DNA of 63,217 bases, filler included, from Licmophora abbreviata (taxonomy: Eukaryota): the NCBI GenBank assembly GCA_900291995.1. It is 12 parts of 12 records of this genome, joined end to end, with 100 filler letters (N's around TTAATTAATTAA, not from the genome) between each part and the next. Parts side by side here need not be neighbours in the genome. Positions count along the whole stretch, not along the records: positions 23,768 to 26,429 come from OLMU01000346.1; positions 26,530 to 29,042 come from OLMU01000347.1; positions 29,143 to 34,330 come from OLMU01000348.1; positions 34,431 to 37,362 come from OLMU01000349.1; 8 more parts are not named here. One strand, given 5' to 3'. The position numbers and the translations under genes were made by a program. This document shows, piece after piece, positions 24,579 to 35,395 of the stretch. A model generated the notes under the pieces. That model did no database searches. It had not been told where the DNA came from and saw only the letters and a list, made by a program, of their open reading frames with translations. Positions within the stretch are counted from its first letter, which is position 1. Each line of letters starts with the position of its first letter.

Positions 24579-25517
24579 CTATCGTATCGACGAAAACTGC
24601 GTCATCCCAAGCGTCGAAAAGGGAGGATTCGTTGGCAACAGTGGCGTGCGTTGCTCTTCCTTTTTTTCTTCCAAGCCACCGCTGGTTGTGTTTCCTTGAT
24701 AATACCGTTGTTGCTGTGAAGAAGGTTCGTTGGGTCGTCGGGGTCCAAACAACTGAACGCCTCGTACATGCGTGTCGCGTCCGTTCTGATGCATGTTGAG
24801 CACTGAAATCTCCACCATATGAGCTCGAATCGGGCGATTGGTATGACGACTGTTCTCAGGACTTGTAGTAGTTTCTGGATCATGGTCATCATTGCTTTCT
24901 TCCAACATTTCATCCAATGCATCCGGTGGAGCATTCAGTGGAATGATACACCATCCCGTGGGTTCTCGAAATTCCACAAGAGTATTGGTCGTCCCCCCGG
25001 CAGTATTGCACACGGCCGGCTGTAAGTCGTGTGCCGTATTGCCGTATTGAATGGTAATCTGCTGCGGAGTATAGGACTCGTCTAATGTATAATCAAGGTA
25101 CAAGCAGACATGAGAAATACAAACTCGTCGTGAGAATTGCACTCGAAGACTGTGCGGCTGTTGGCCATCGCTTTGCCAGTACGTGTCGTGCTTGTTGTTG
25201 GACCCCACGAGCTGTTCGACGCCATTTCCAGGTTTGGCACTACTGAGTGTCCAGCATATACACTCACTATCGAGGGGACGCTTGTTGGAGGTGAGTAGTG
25301 AAGAGAGGGAGGATGTGGCGCGAATCAAGAGAGTCGAATTGTTGCTGTTGTTGGTAGCAGTGGCGTCGGGGTAGAGAACGGTGCGTTCGTCGTCCTCTTC
25401 TTCGACCGCCTCTTCGTCGTCACTTTCTTCTTCCTCTTCTTCGGGGGGAGGAAGGGAATGCGGGGAATCGTTTCCGAGAGAGCCAGAAGCTACAGCAGCG
25501 GGGGGAGAGTCCATCAT
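24579..25517 (-). CDS. APC10: Anaphase-promoting complex subunit 10 (DOC1)
   Basis: WTLSSAKPGNGVEQL, TYWQSDGQQPH, DESYTP, HQNGRDTHVR and C-terminal IR tail. Confidence 0.95.
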   Translation of the reverse strand: MMDSPPAAVASGSLGNDSPHSLPPPEEEEEESDDEEAVEEEDDERTVLYPDATATNNSNNSTLLIRATSSLSSLLTSNKRPLDSECICWTLSSAKPGNGVEQLVGSNNKHDTYWQSDGQQPHSLRVQFSRRVCISHVCLYLDYTLDESYTPQQITIQYGNTAHDLQPAVCNTAGGTTNTLVEFREPTGWCIIPLNAPPDALDEMLEESNDDHDPETTTSPENSRHTNRPIRAHMVEISVLNMHQNGRDTHVRGVQLFGPRRPNEPSSQQQRYYQGNTTSGGLEEKKEEQRTPLLPTNPPFSTLGMTQFSSIR

Positions 25518-25848
25518 GGTAACGCGTTGTACAAGTGCTGGTGGTGTTGTCGTGTTTTTGTATTTGAGTTTTGCGGACCGCCGTAGCACAGCCAATGATG
25601 GTTGTCAGTGTGGCTTTGTCAGTGGGTCACTGAATCATCCTAATACAGACTAACGTACACACGAATACTTTCATACGTAGGTTTGTACCACCGGCTACAC
25701 ACCCAGATCTTTCTCTAGCATTCCTCTGCTTTCCAACAAGAAAAAGCCGTCATCTCGACTCGACTCCTCACATCATCATTGCTCCATGGCAGCAGCAGCG
25801 GCCGCGTCTCTTCACATCATTACAGAACAAAGTAACTAAGTCCTCACC

Positions 25849-27139
25849 ATGGGAAACATGCCACCAGGAGGTATGGGAGACGGCCCTCCCAACAAGGACG
25901 ACGCCGAGAAAAACAAGAAGAAGAAGAAGCGCTTCGAGCCGCGTCCCTCTCAAGCCGCACGGCAGGGCCGACGCCGCCGTCGCAAGGGACCCAGCGGCCT
26001 CTCCAAAACTCCCGCGATCTATCCCTCTCAAAAGTGCAAGCTTCGTCTTTTGAAATTAGACCGTGTCAAGGACTTTCTCCTCATGGAGCAGGAGTTTATT
26101 CGCAACCATGAAGTCTTCAAGCCGCACGAGGAGAGGGACCAGGAGGAGCGCGAAAAGCTGGAGGAGCTGCGCGGATCGCCGCTGGGAGTGGGCAGTTTGG
26201 AAGAACTCATTGACGACAACCATGCCATTGTCAGTAGTAGTGTCGGGCCCGAGTACTATGTCAACATTCTGAGTTCCGTCAATCAGGACTTGCTCGAACC
26301 GGGCTGCGCCGTGCTCTTGCACAACAAGACCATGAGCGTCGTGGGGATCTTGCAGGACGACGCGGATCCCATGGTCAGTGTCATGAAGGTAGAAAAGGCG
26401 CCGCTCGAATCCTACGCTGACTATTGGGANNNNNNNNNNNNNNNNNNNNNNNNNNNNNNNNNNNNNNNNNNNNTTAATTAATTAANNNNNNNNNNNNNNN
26501 NNNNNNNNNNNNNNNNNNNNNNNNNNNNNGGTCGCCAATCAAACGTCAGCCACCTTTTTGCGAGTCGTGGGATCCGAACTCATTCAGAAATACCTCGGAG
26601 ATGGGCCCAAACTGGTGCGCGAACTCTTTCGCGTCGCCGACGACTTGTCCCCCACGATTGTCTTTATCGACGAAATTGATGCCATTGGAAGCAAACGTTA
26701 CGACAGTAGCAGTGGAGGAACAAGAGAAATCCAACGTACCATGTTGGAACTTCTCAATCAGTTGGATGGCTTTGACGAACGAGGCGATGTCAAGGTCATC
26801 ATGGCGACGAACCGTATTGAAAGTTTGGACCCTGCCTTGATTCGTCCCGGTCGGATCGATCGTAAGATTGAATTCCCGCTGCCCGATACCAAGACAAAGA
26901 GACACATTTTCAACATTCACACGGCCAAAATGACGTTGGCGGACGATGTCGATCTGGAAAAGTTCGTCATGAGCAAGGATGAGTTGAGCGGGGCCGACAT
27001 TAAAGCAGTAGCGACCGAGGCGGGAATGTTGGCCCTGCGAGAGCGTCGTATGAAGGTCTGTCAAGAGGACTTTGTCAAGGCCAAGGAGAAAGCATTGTAC
27101 CGAAAGAAGGGGAATATACCGGAGGGCTTGTACCTGTAG
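25849..27139 (+). CDS. RPT2: 26S proteasome AAA-ATPase Rpt2; Walker A region lost in gap 26430-26529
   Basis: N-terminal [44 protein letters not shown]-terminus PEGLYL. Confidence 0.96.
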
Positions 27140-27272
27140 GAGACAGTAGCTATGACAGCCTAACGGTGTATACAGCACGTAAACAAAATCATGATAGTAA
27201 CTAACTAGAAAGATACTAGCGCATACTATCGTAGGTAGTCATCGCGCTTGTCTGGTCAGATACGACGCGACG

Positions 27273-28563
27273 CTACACCATTTCCGGAGGGTACAGACGC
27301 AACGAGAAGTCTTTCTCGGTACAATGCACCAGTTCTTGTTTTTCATTATTGAGCTCCTGCAATGGCCGAATTGTCTCGCCAGTAGTGGGAGACGCCGCCG
27401 TCGCATACTGGCAGGACGATGGCTCTACGTACGACTCTTGCATCAAGCGCGCCAGAGCCTTGTATTGACGACGCGATATCAACAGCGGTTCGTCCAGGAC
27501 GCGCCACGAAACAATTTCCGAACAGGGCGGGGTCGTGATGCTTCCTTGTAGCGATAAAAGTGAATCGTAGGCCAAATGTCATAGGGAAACAGCTTGCGGC
27601 GAGGAGCGTAGTCCGGACCGACATTGCGACGCATATCGCGAGAGGTGGCGTGGGATGGGTCGTCCAGGGCTCGACGAATGGAAGCGTTCGGGAGGTTGAG
27701 CAGAGAAGTTGAAGAGGATCCAAGAGTAGCTGCAGTTACGTTGTTCATCTGAACTTGTCGTCGACGGTTTCTCGACTTGAGGTAGCGTCCACGGCGACTA
27801 TCTTGCTCGCACTTCGACTTGGCTGCCACTGCCGCCTCCTCCCACCGATCAATATACTCTTGCAGTTTCGGATCATCCTCGAGTCCTGAAGCATCAAGCA
27901 AGACGCTGACACAAGATAACTCTCGCTTTTGATCTTCTTGTCCCAAGTGATACATTTGCAGCTCACCGTCATAGCGTCGTCCATCGAGCACATGCTCAGC
28001 TCGAAGATGAACCTCCACGTGATGAGCAAGCCACTGATTAATACAGAGAACAAGAGAACGAAAAAGCTATATGAGATCATCTTTCTCTGCTTGGTTGAAA
28101 AACTCCAATGTGCTATACTTACCGTGAACGGATATCCATTCGGCAAATCAATCGTCGGTCGCAAGCACTGCGTATCGTCCAATGGAAAGTCAGCACGCAG
28201 CGTCTGTGGCGTCGCATAGAACTGCAAGTGCGAGATGTTGCAATCGAGTTCGGGACGAATCTTGCGCGTGAGTATTTCGTGTGTATCCATGCACTCGGCG
28301 TTGGCAATAAGGTTGATGGGAGACGGACGGCGTGAACTCTGACACTCGTTGCCCACGACATCGAGATTAATGTCGTCGCGACCAATATACTTTTCCCACT
28401 CGTTGGGAGATGTAGGGACGTACGGCCAGTTGAGCAGACCAGTAGAGGATGTGGGATCGTAATCAAAGTTCAAAATGGGAATGATGGCGTCGCTGGCAAG
28501 AGTCTCGTGCGGTGATAATAGTAGTACAGTTGCCATCACGAGAAAGAGTGCATGGCCCGTCAT
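27273..28563 (-). CDS. Signal-peptide-bearing alpha-carbonic anhydrase family protein; intron 28034-28122; apparent 1-nt deletion near 27545
   Basis: Signal peptide, C...RPSPINL, AEHVLDGRRYDGELQMYH, FYRYK(G)SITTPPCSEIVSW, TIRPLQ. Confidence 0.82.
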
Positions 28564-29149
28564 GGTACTTGTGCGTCGACCGAAACAGAAATAATGCGAG
28601 TGCATGATCATGGCGGAGTGCAGCGAGAGGATTGTCTTCTCCAAAGGATCGGTACGTTTGGATAGGAATGAAACAAGATAGTATTGAAAAGTTGTGGCAC
28701 AGAAAAGGCGTGTGAGGATCGCGTTGCACACATTGTCTCCTCAGATGACAAGCTTGGACACACACATTTTGTCATTTTGCTGCATGTGTGCCAATCTGTC
28801 GCGATCCATCAGTCTCTCAGCTTGGCATCAGCAACGTCAAGCTTCCGACCATCCGTCGGACGTATGCTAATTCTCCCATCCTCGTCAATCTATTCCTCAT
28901 ATCGAATTCTATCACTATTTGCTTCATCTCTTATCGTCGTCGTAAACACTGCTTTCTCATGTTGATGAATGTGCGACACACATCATCATCAAAAAAAAAT
29001 TGCGCAAAAGTTTTTGTCATGACATTTTACAGCTGACATAAGNNNNNNNNNNNNNNNNNNNNNNNNNNNNNNNNNNNNNNNNNNNNTTAATTAATTAANN
29101 NNNNNNNNNNNNNNNNNNNNNNNNNNNNNNNNNNNNNNNNNNAATACCA

Positions 29150-30997
29150 ATGTTCCAACCGGTGTCTCGAAGAAGACGAAAAATCATGGATAGATCATTG
29201 AAATCGTCGTCGTCATTAGCGTCTCTGTCTTCTACCGCCGCTGACGATGGTGAAGGAGGCGACATGGTCAGCAGTAGTGGAAGTAGCAACAAGAAGCTTG
29301 TTGCTACTGTACAATTGCAGCGTTCCGAAACACCCCTTTCGTCGCCGCCTTCGTCCTCATCATCCTCGGTTCCCCCCTTTGTCATCAAGGCGACTGCCAT
29401 TGCCAGTATAGGGGGCATTCTTTTCGGCTACGACATGGGGGTCGTATCGGGCGCCCTGCCACAGCTTCAGACCCACTTTGACTTGACGCAACGCCAACAA
29501 GAAGTCACAGTGGGGATACTGTACTTGGGAGGGGGAATTGGGGCTGCCGTGGGTGGTAGTTTGTGTGATACCCTAGGACGCTGGACGAGTATCGTCATTA
29601 CCGATGTACTCTTTTTGATTGGGGCTCTTGTGTTGATCTATGCGCCCACTCTCAATGTTCTACTCTGCGGAAGGGTCATTGTTGGAATTGCCATTAGTGT
29701 TTCGGGTATATCGGATGTTGCCTACTTGCACGAACTTTCTCCGGTGCAGTTTCGAGGTGCGATTGTCAGTGTCAATGAGGCGTGTATATCCCTTGGCTTT
29801 CTCTTGGCCTATATCGCCGGCTACAGTTTGGGCACAATGTACCCCGTGCACGGGTGGCGAGTCATGTTTGGATTTAGTGGTGTCCTAGCATTGATCCAAC
29901 TTCTCGGTATGATGTGCATGCCGGAAAGTCCCGTGTGGCTGCAGGAAAAGGGGTATACGGAGCGAGCGCAACAAGCGTTGCGCATCATTTATGGGGAAGA
30001 ACGAATACTGGTCGATGAAGAATTCAACAGGACAGAACCGGTGGCTCCCTATAACGGAACGGTGCGCAATACGTCGCGGGAGCCGCTCGTGGTAGATGGA
30101 TCTATTTCATCTGGGACATATGAAGCGCTCGAGGGAAAAGACAGTGAAGCAGAAGCACGCTTGCGGTCATCGTCCCTCTTTTCAGGCAGCAGCAGTAGTC
30201 ACTCGTGCTTTCCGTGCATCTCATCAGTATCGCTCCAGCTGCGTTCCACTTGGTCCATTGTCTACCGCTATCGCAAACAAGTATATGTTGCACTATTCCT
30301 TTCGGTTGCTCAGCAACTGAGTGGCCAAACCGTTGTGCTAAATTACGCGCCCTTGATTTTCTCCAAGTTTGGTGGCACCGGAGACGAGGCCCTGGCATCG
30401 ACGCTGTACATTGGAATTGTAAAGTTCATTGTGACGGCAATTGTTATTTGGAAGATTGAGAAAGTGGGGAGGAGAGTTTTACTGTTGACGGGCATGGGCT
30501 TGATCGTCGTGGGCTTGCTATTGGTGACGATCGCCTTTGCGACGGGAATTAGAATAGACGATGACAGCGAAGAGGCCGTGGCGGAAGATGGCATGGCGTT
30601 TGCGCTACCGGGTGTACTCTGCGTCGTAACTGGCTACTCGGCATCCTTTGGTCCGCTGACATGGCTGCTCACATCGGAACTCTTTCCCACCGACATTCGA
30701 GGCCGAGCTCTCGGTACCAGTACGATCGTCACGTATCTCTGTGCATATCTCGTCACCTCGACATTCCTATCCACCGTTGCCCTCCTTGGCGCCGAAGGTG
30801 TTTTTGGAATGTACGCGTTTCTCACGACGCTTGGGATTGTCTTTGCGAATTTGGCGGTGCCTGATACAGGAGGAAAGAGCGTTGTAGAGACAGAAGAAAC
30901 GATGGTGCGCATGTGGTGGTGGAGAGGAGCGAGCGTCACTAGCTTTGACGACTGCGGTGGCGAAGAACGGCCAGTTTTAGAAGCAGAGTTAACCTAA
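29150..30997 (+). CDS. MFS sugar porter (GLUT/inositol-transporter-like)
   Basis: GGILFGYDMGVVSGAL, DTLGR, YLHELSPVQFRG, MPESPVWL, QQLSG, SELFPTDIRGRA, VPDTGGKS. Confidence 0.93.
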   Translation: MFQPVSRRRRKIMDRSLKSSSSLASLSSTAADDGEGGDMVSSSGSSNKKLVATVQLQRSETPLSSPPSSSSSSVPPFVIKATAIASIGGILFGYDMGVVSGALPQLQTHFDLTQRQQEVTVGILYLGGGIGAAVGGSLCDTLGRWTSIVITDVLFLIGALVLIYAPTLNVLLCGRVIVGIAISVSGISDVAYLHELSPVQFRGAIVSVNEACISLGFLLAYIAGYSLGTMYPVHGWRVMFGFSGVLALIQLLGMMCMPESPVWLQEKGYTERAQQALRIIYGEERILVDEEFNRTEPVAPYNGTVRNTSREPLVVDGSISSGTYEALEGKDSEAEARLRSSSLFSGSSSSHSCFPCISSVSLQLRSTWSIVYRYRKQVYVALFLSVAQQLSGQTVVLNYAPLIFSKFGGTGDEALASTLYIGIVKFIVTAIVIWKIEKVGRRVLLLTGMGLIVVGLLLVTIAFATGIRIDDDSEEAVAEDGMAFALPGVLCVVTGYSASFGPLTWLLTSELFPTDIRGRALGTSTIVTYLCAYLVTSTFLSTVALLGAEGVFGMYAFLTTLGIVFANLAVPDTGGKSVVETEETMVRMWWWRGASVTSFDDCGGEERPVLEAELT

Positions 30998-31069
30998 GAA
31001 TTTCTACTTTCATTCTCTAAACAAGCATTATTAGTATTATAAATGTCGAGTCGTTGCTGTTCGGGTATA

Positions 31070-32722
31070 TTACATTCGTGTTGGAATGAGCTCGTCCTCT
31101 TCAGACGAGCTATCGTCGTCGTCGTCGTCAATGCTGTCGACAATTGAAGTGTTTCGTACTCTCAGTTTGGCACGCCAGCGGCCTCGTTGTCGTTTGGGTT
31201 TTTGTGTATCACTCACCGCCTTTTTTGAGGTAGATGGCGTCCTTCGAGGCCCAGGGACAGGAGGAGGTCGATCTGCCTTGGAAAGGGAGTTTCGAGAAGC
31301 CTTTTCCGGCGATGACAAAGAGACAGTAGCCGTGGCATCATGTTCAATGGTAGCCTTGGAGGGGAAGTCGCAATGATCCAGACGACCCGACGAGTAACGT
31401 CGATGCATTCTTGCTGACGACGGCATCCGAGACGCGCTAGTTGCAGCATTGAAGCTCTTGGATCGAGCTTCGATCGGATACGGCTTCATTGAAAGAGAAT
31501 CAAGGTCCGTGGCCGGCGACACATCCTGCGGATTCCCATCATTCTGTTGTCGTACGGTGAAATTACGGCGTTTGGGCGACGCCGATCGGGATCGATACAA
31601 GTGCATCGCCTCGACGAGCTGCGATGAGAGGTCATCCTGTTGTCTGGTATCGTCCAATAGCTGTGCCAGTGTCGTTTCTGTCTCGTCAATGTGCACAGTA
31701 GACATGGTACCGCCAAAGGACGACGGAAAGGGCTCCAGCTCCGATTCACTCACAAGGAGGCCATCCGTCAGCCCACTTGGGTAACTACCAGGCTCGATGA
31801 CCGCTTCTGTCGTCTTTGGGTGATGGAGGGCCGTTGAGCGGTGGTGCGACAGTTGTGCTTCCGAGCGACAATCATGACAATCCTCCGTCACATGCGCGTC
31901 CTGATCATCTTTTTGTGGTTTGGCGGGTGATGGATTTTCTTTTTCACAGTCTACCAACCGAACCACTCCATACAAGCTGACTTCCACTGCATCCCCGTGT
32001 AGAATTTCACTGCTCGCGTCACTCGTGGAGACCTCGTCATTAACACTGCTGCTGTTATCTTCTCCTTCGTCGGGAGGCAACCAATCGGCGCGATTCACTC
32101 GAAATCCACTGGGCGACGACGGTCTTGCCAATTCTCGTTCCGCCAGAGTGACAGGCGTCCCATCCATCGACTGTAGACCAGGCAGTCGGTAGAGTATATA
32201 CAATCGCCTCATCCGATCATCCTCCAGTACAGTATCCTGTTGCTGTTCTTGGTTCCCTGAAAAATCGACAAAACTCAAGTGCTCGAGCTGAAAGAACATG
32301 GACGACACCACGTCAAGCCATTCTGGCAACAAAGGTGACTCTGCTACTTCCGAGGATTGTATAGACGGCAAGTATAAGGTTTGAATGTGCGATGCCACTT
32401 GGGGCGGAACGCCTACGCGCAGTGTCTGCGGTGACAAAAAGGGACGCCGCGAGAGGTCGAGGACGGTCGGGTCTTGCCGATGAGAACCGGCAAGGTCACT
32501 CATGTGCCTCCAACGATCCTCGTGATGTCGGAGTAAGGAGGATGCTTTTGCCGTTAGTTCTTCACTGTCATCGTGGATATGACAACGAGGAGACTCAAAG
32601 ACCGGGAGGGGAGTGGTGGGACGCAGTCGACGTGAGGACGAGGATAGTGGGGCGGCAGTCGAAGTAGAAGCATGAGGATGAGCAGTACTACTTATAGTAC
32701 GAGCTGTCCGAGATGACTTCAT
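31070..32722 (-). CDS. Hypothetical protein with degenerate LRRs, an LRR-cap and a disordered C-terminus
   Basis: 550-aa ORF; RRLYILYRLPGLQSMDGTPVTLAER matches the LRRcap pattern. Confidence 0.65.
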   Translation of the reverse strand: MKSSRTARTISSTAHPHASTSTAAPLSSSSRRLRPTTPLPVFESPRCHIHDDSEELTAKASSLLRHHEDRWRHMSDLAGSHRQDPTVLDLSRRPFLSPQTLRVGVPPQVASHIQTLYLPSIQSSEVAESPLLPEWLDVVSSMFFQLEHLSFVDFSGNQEQQQDTVLEDDRMRRLYILYRLPGLQSMDGTPVTLAERELARPSSPSGFRVNRADWLPPDEGEDNSSSVNDEVSTSDASSEILHGDAVEVSLYGVVRLVDCEKENPSPAKPQKDDQDAHVTEDCHDCRSEAQLSHHRSTALHHPKTTEAVIEPGSYPSGLTDGLLVSESELEPFPSSFGGTMSTVHIDETETTLAQLLDDTRQQDDLSSQLVEAMHLYRSRSASPKRRNFTVRQQNDGNPQDVSPATDLDSLSMKPYPIEARSKSFNAATSASRMPSSARMHRRYSSGRLDHCDFPSKATIEHDATATVSLSSPEKASRNSLSKADRPPPVPGPRRTPSTSKKAVSDTQKPKRQRGRWRAKLRVRNTSIVDSIDDDDDDSSSEEDELIPTRM

Positions 32723-33133
32723 CTTGATACGGTGTTCCAGTTCATGAAAAGACTACGGAGGATCCTCTATCACAGAGACAAACGACGCTGCGGTGACTCT
32801 ATTAACGCCATGCCCCTTTGTGCTGCCGTCGTCGTCGCCATTTTCAGCGTTGTTGTCGTTTCAAAGCGAGCGTTAAGGGTCCGTTGATGAAATTGTCCAT
32901 ACTCGTGAAGGAGTGGCTTGACAGGCGTGGGAAGAACATACGTGAATGAAGATGTGTGAATTGCGAATACGACTAGCTCGACTCACTCAACTTGTGACTT
33001 CCTTTTGGCGCACGCGCGGCGGTGTGTCGCCATCAACGACTTTCGACCATGGCATTGCTGTGATGACGAAACTCTTCACGCGAATCGAATCGTCGTCATT
33101 ATTTTCGATTCGATTCCATCGTTCACATAGCAT

Positions 33134-35395
33134 ATGTCATCCTCAGGAACAGGAGGGGGGTCCTCCTTTGCTCCCACGTTCCATCCGTCCTTGACTCAAT
33201 ACTATCACCATCATGGTCCATTCGCAGTATCAGCAGCAGCACATCCATCGTCGTCGTCCGCATCACTTATTGAACCATTCCATGGCCTCGATGGTGCTCG
33301 TAAGACTCCTCAGAATACTCCCGAACAACAACCACCGGGACGTCCTACTCGCAATAAGGCCAAGAATCGTCGCAAGCGACATGTGCCTCCAGGACCCGCC
33401 GGTGTTTGGTTTCAAGGCGCCTCGTGTCCATCGGCACAGCAACAACGCGGCGATGGCGGTGCTACCTCTAGTGACAGAAGGGCCGCTGACAAGAATGAAG
33501 AAGAAGAAGAGCTCATGATTCTAAACACTGCCACGGATCTTGCTTCCACCTCTCCACGACGACGACGACGACGACGAGCCTCCGATGCTACTATCACTGC
33601 CGCTTCAGACGTTTCTCGCTGCCTCGCATGGACCGCCATGCAGCAGTCACTCAACCTATGCACACCCTACTTGCCTCCCTATCTGTCCATCTCGGAACGA
33701 GACACGCACCTGCTACCACACTACATGGCACACCCAAATTTTATTCTGCTTTCAGATCTTGCGATGAATACTTCTACTCAAAAGTCCATGCTCTTGTTGG
33801 TACATGCCGTCCAGTCCAACACCACGACCGATTGGACGGTCGAATTGCAAGACGAATGCGGAGCATCCATCCAAGCTTGGTTGGACCCACGATTCGTACA
33901 AGAAGAGCAGCAAGAACAAGGGAGACGGCGGAGTGGATGTGTTCAAATGGGTCATGTTTGGAGAGTTCAAGGGGCGTCGCTCTTTGTGTCGACCAATAAC
34001 AACCAGCATGAACGACGGCGACATGGCAACCAGGCAAGTACTACCACTGCTTCTACAGATTGGTGGTTGTTAATTCGAAAGGAAGATATTAAACAGGTCT
34101 GGACGACACAGTCTTCCAGGGAATGGACGGATCAACAGCATTTGAAGTGGATGGAGAAGAGACGGGCATTGACAAGTCGGATCGAAGGAGACGTGCAGGA
34201 ATTGGAGCAGCAGCAGCCGAGTGATCACGATGACGAAGGAGAAGACATGGAGTATGATGAAGTGGAGCAAGGTGGTGACGACAGGGATCATGGGCTGTCC
34301 GTCGTAGCAGGATCACAGCAATTCGGAGCANNNNNNNNNNNNNNNNNNNNNNNNNNNNNNNNNNNNNNNNNNNNTTAATTAATTAANNNNNNNNNNNNNN
34401 NNNNNNNNNNNNNNNNNNNNNNNNNNNNNNCCAGCGACGGCAGAGCTATCGCCAAGGTCGTTTCTGCCTGAACCTATCCGTCGATCAGATGACGAAGTGA
34501 CCGACGACAGTCGTCGACTGAATCGCAACGCGAGTGGCGCGGCCAGTAGAGCAGTCGCAACCTTATCCTCGGAATCACGTGATGATGCGGATGCCAATTC
34601 TCCATCAGTAATTCAGCAGCATCAGCCCAAAGCAGTCGACTTTTCGCAGTTTTTGGCGCCTACGTCTCGGGAAGCAGAGCCTGCGATAGCGAAACGACGT
34701 CGTCCTTCCGCGACTGCAGCTAGGGCATCAGCCTCTTCGGCTTTGAACACCACAGCACACCAGCAGGCTTCTTGTCATACCGATCATCAACACCAAGACG
34801 TTTCTAGCTTACCGACTACCAAGACGATGAAAGGGCCAGCCGTTTCAAAGACACCACCATCAACGAAGTCAGACAAAGGTGTCGTCGCACACTCTTCTTC
34901 GTCTACCAGTCCCAAGAATCCTCTCTTCCAGTATCGTGCTACCTCCACCAGGACGAGGAGCCCAACGCTTGATAGCAGTGCCAGTAACAAATCTCCCTCA
35001 TTACCTTCCAGTAGTACGAAAAGTCCCATGCATTCGTCGGGAAAGAAGAAAAGGAGGAAGTCGCCGAAAACGTTGAAAAAGAAATCACAAAAGGCGACAG
35101 TCCCAAGCCAGCGTGTGTCACTAGCCCAAAGCCATCGTCTTCTCTGATGTGGAGTAATATGGACGCGTCGATGATAGGCATACTGGACGAGGACGAGGAC
35201 GACGATACTGAAGACCGTCCGCAAGGGCCTACTCTGCAGCAACGAGATAACACGACTCACCCAAAAGACAACACGGTGGAGCCCTCGGTGCCACCCGTCG
35301 CGCTAACAACAAATTCAGTCCCAGCGCCGTCTCTATTTTTTCAAGCGTCAGCGTTCGAGAGCATGGACGTGACCGATCTGTTTGACGAGGACTAG
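33134..35395 (+). CDS. Putative HROB/MCM8IP-like OB-fold homologous-recombination protein; spans gap 34331-34430; probable frameshift near 35075-35095
   Basis: VPPGPAG motif followed by OB-like strands LLLVHAV...WTVELQDECGASIQAWLD...GHVWRVQGASLF...LLIRKEDIKQVW; disordered C-terminus continuing in ORFs 34497-35147 and 35147-35395. Confidence 0.55.

Noticed and set aside
26546..27178. 210-aa antisense ORF
   Set aside because: Shadow of the conserved RPT2 gene.
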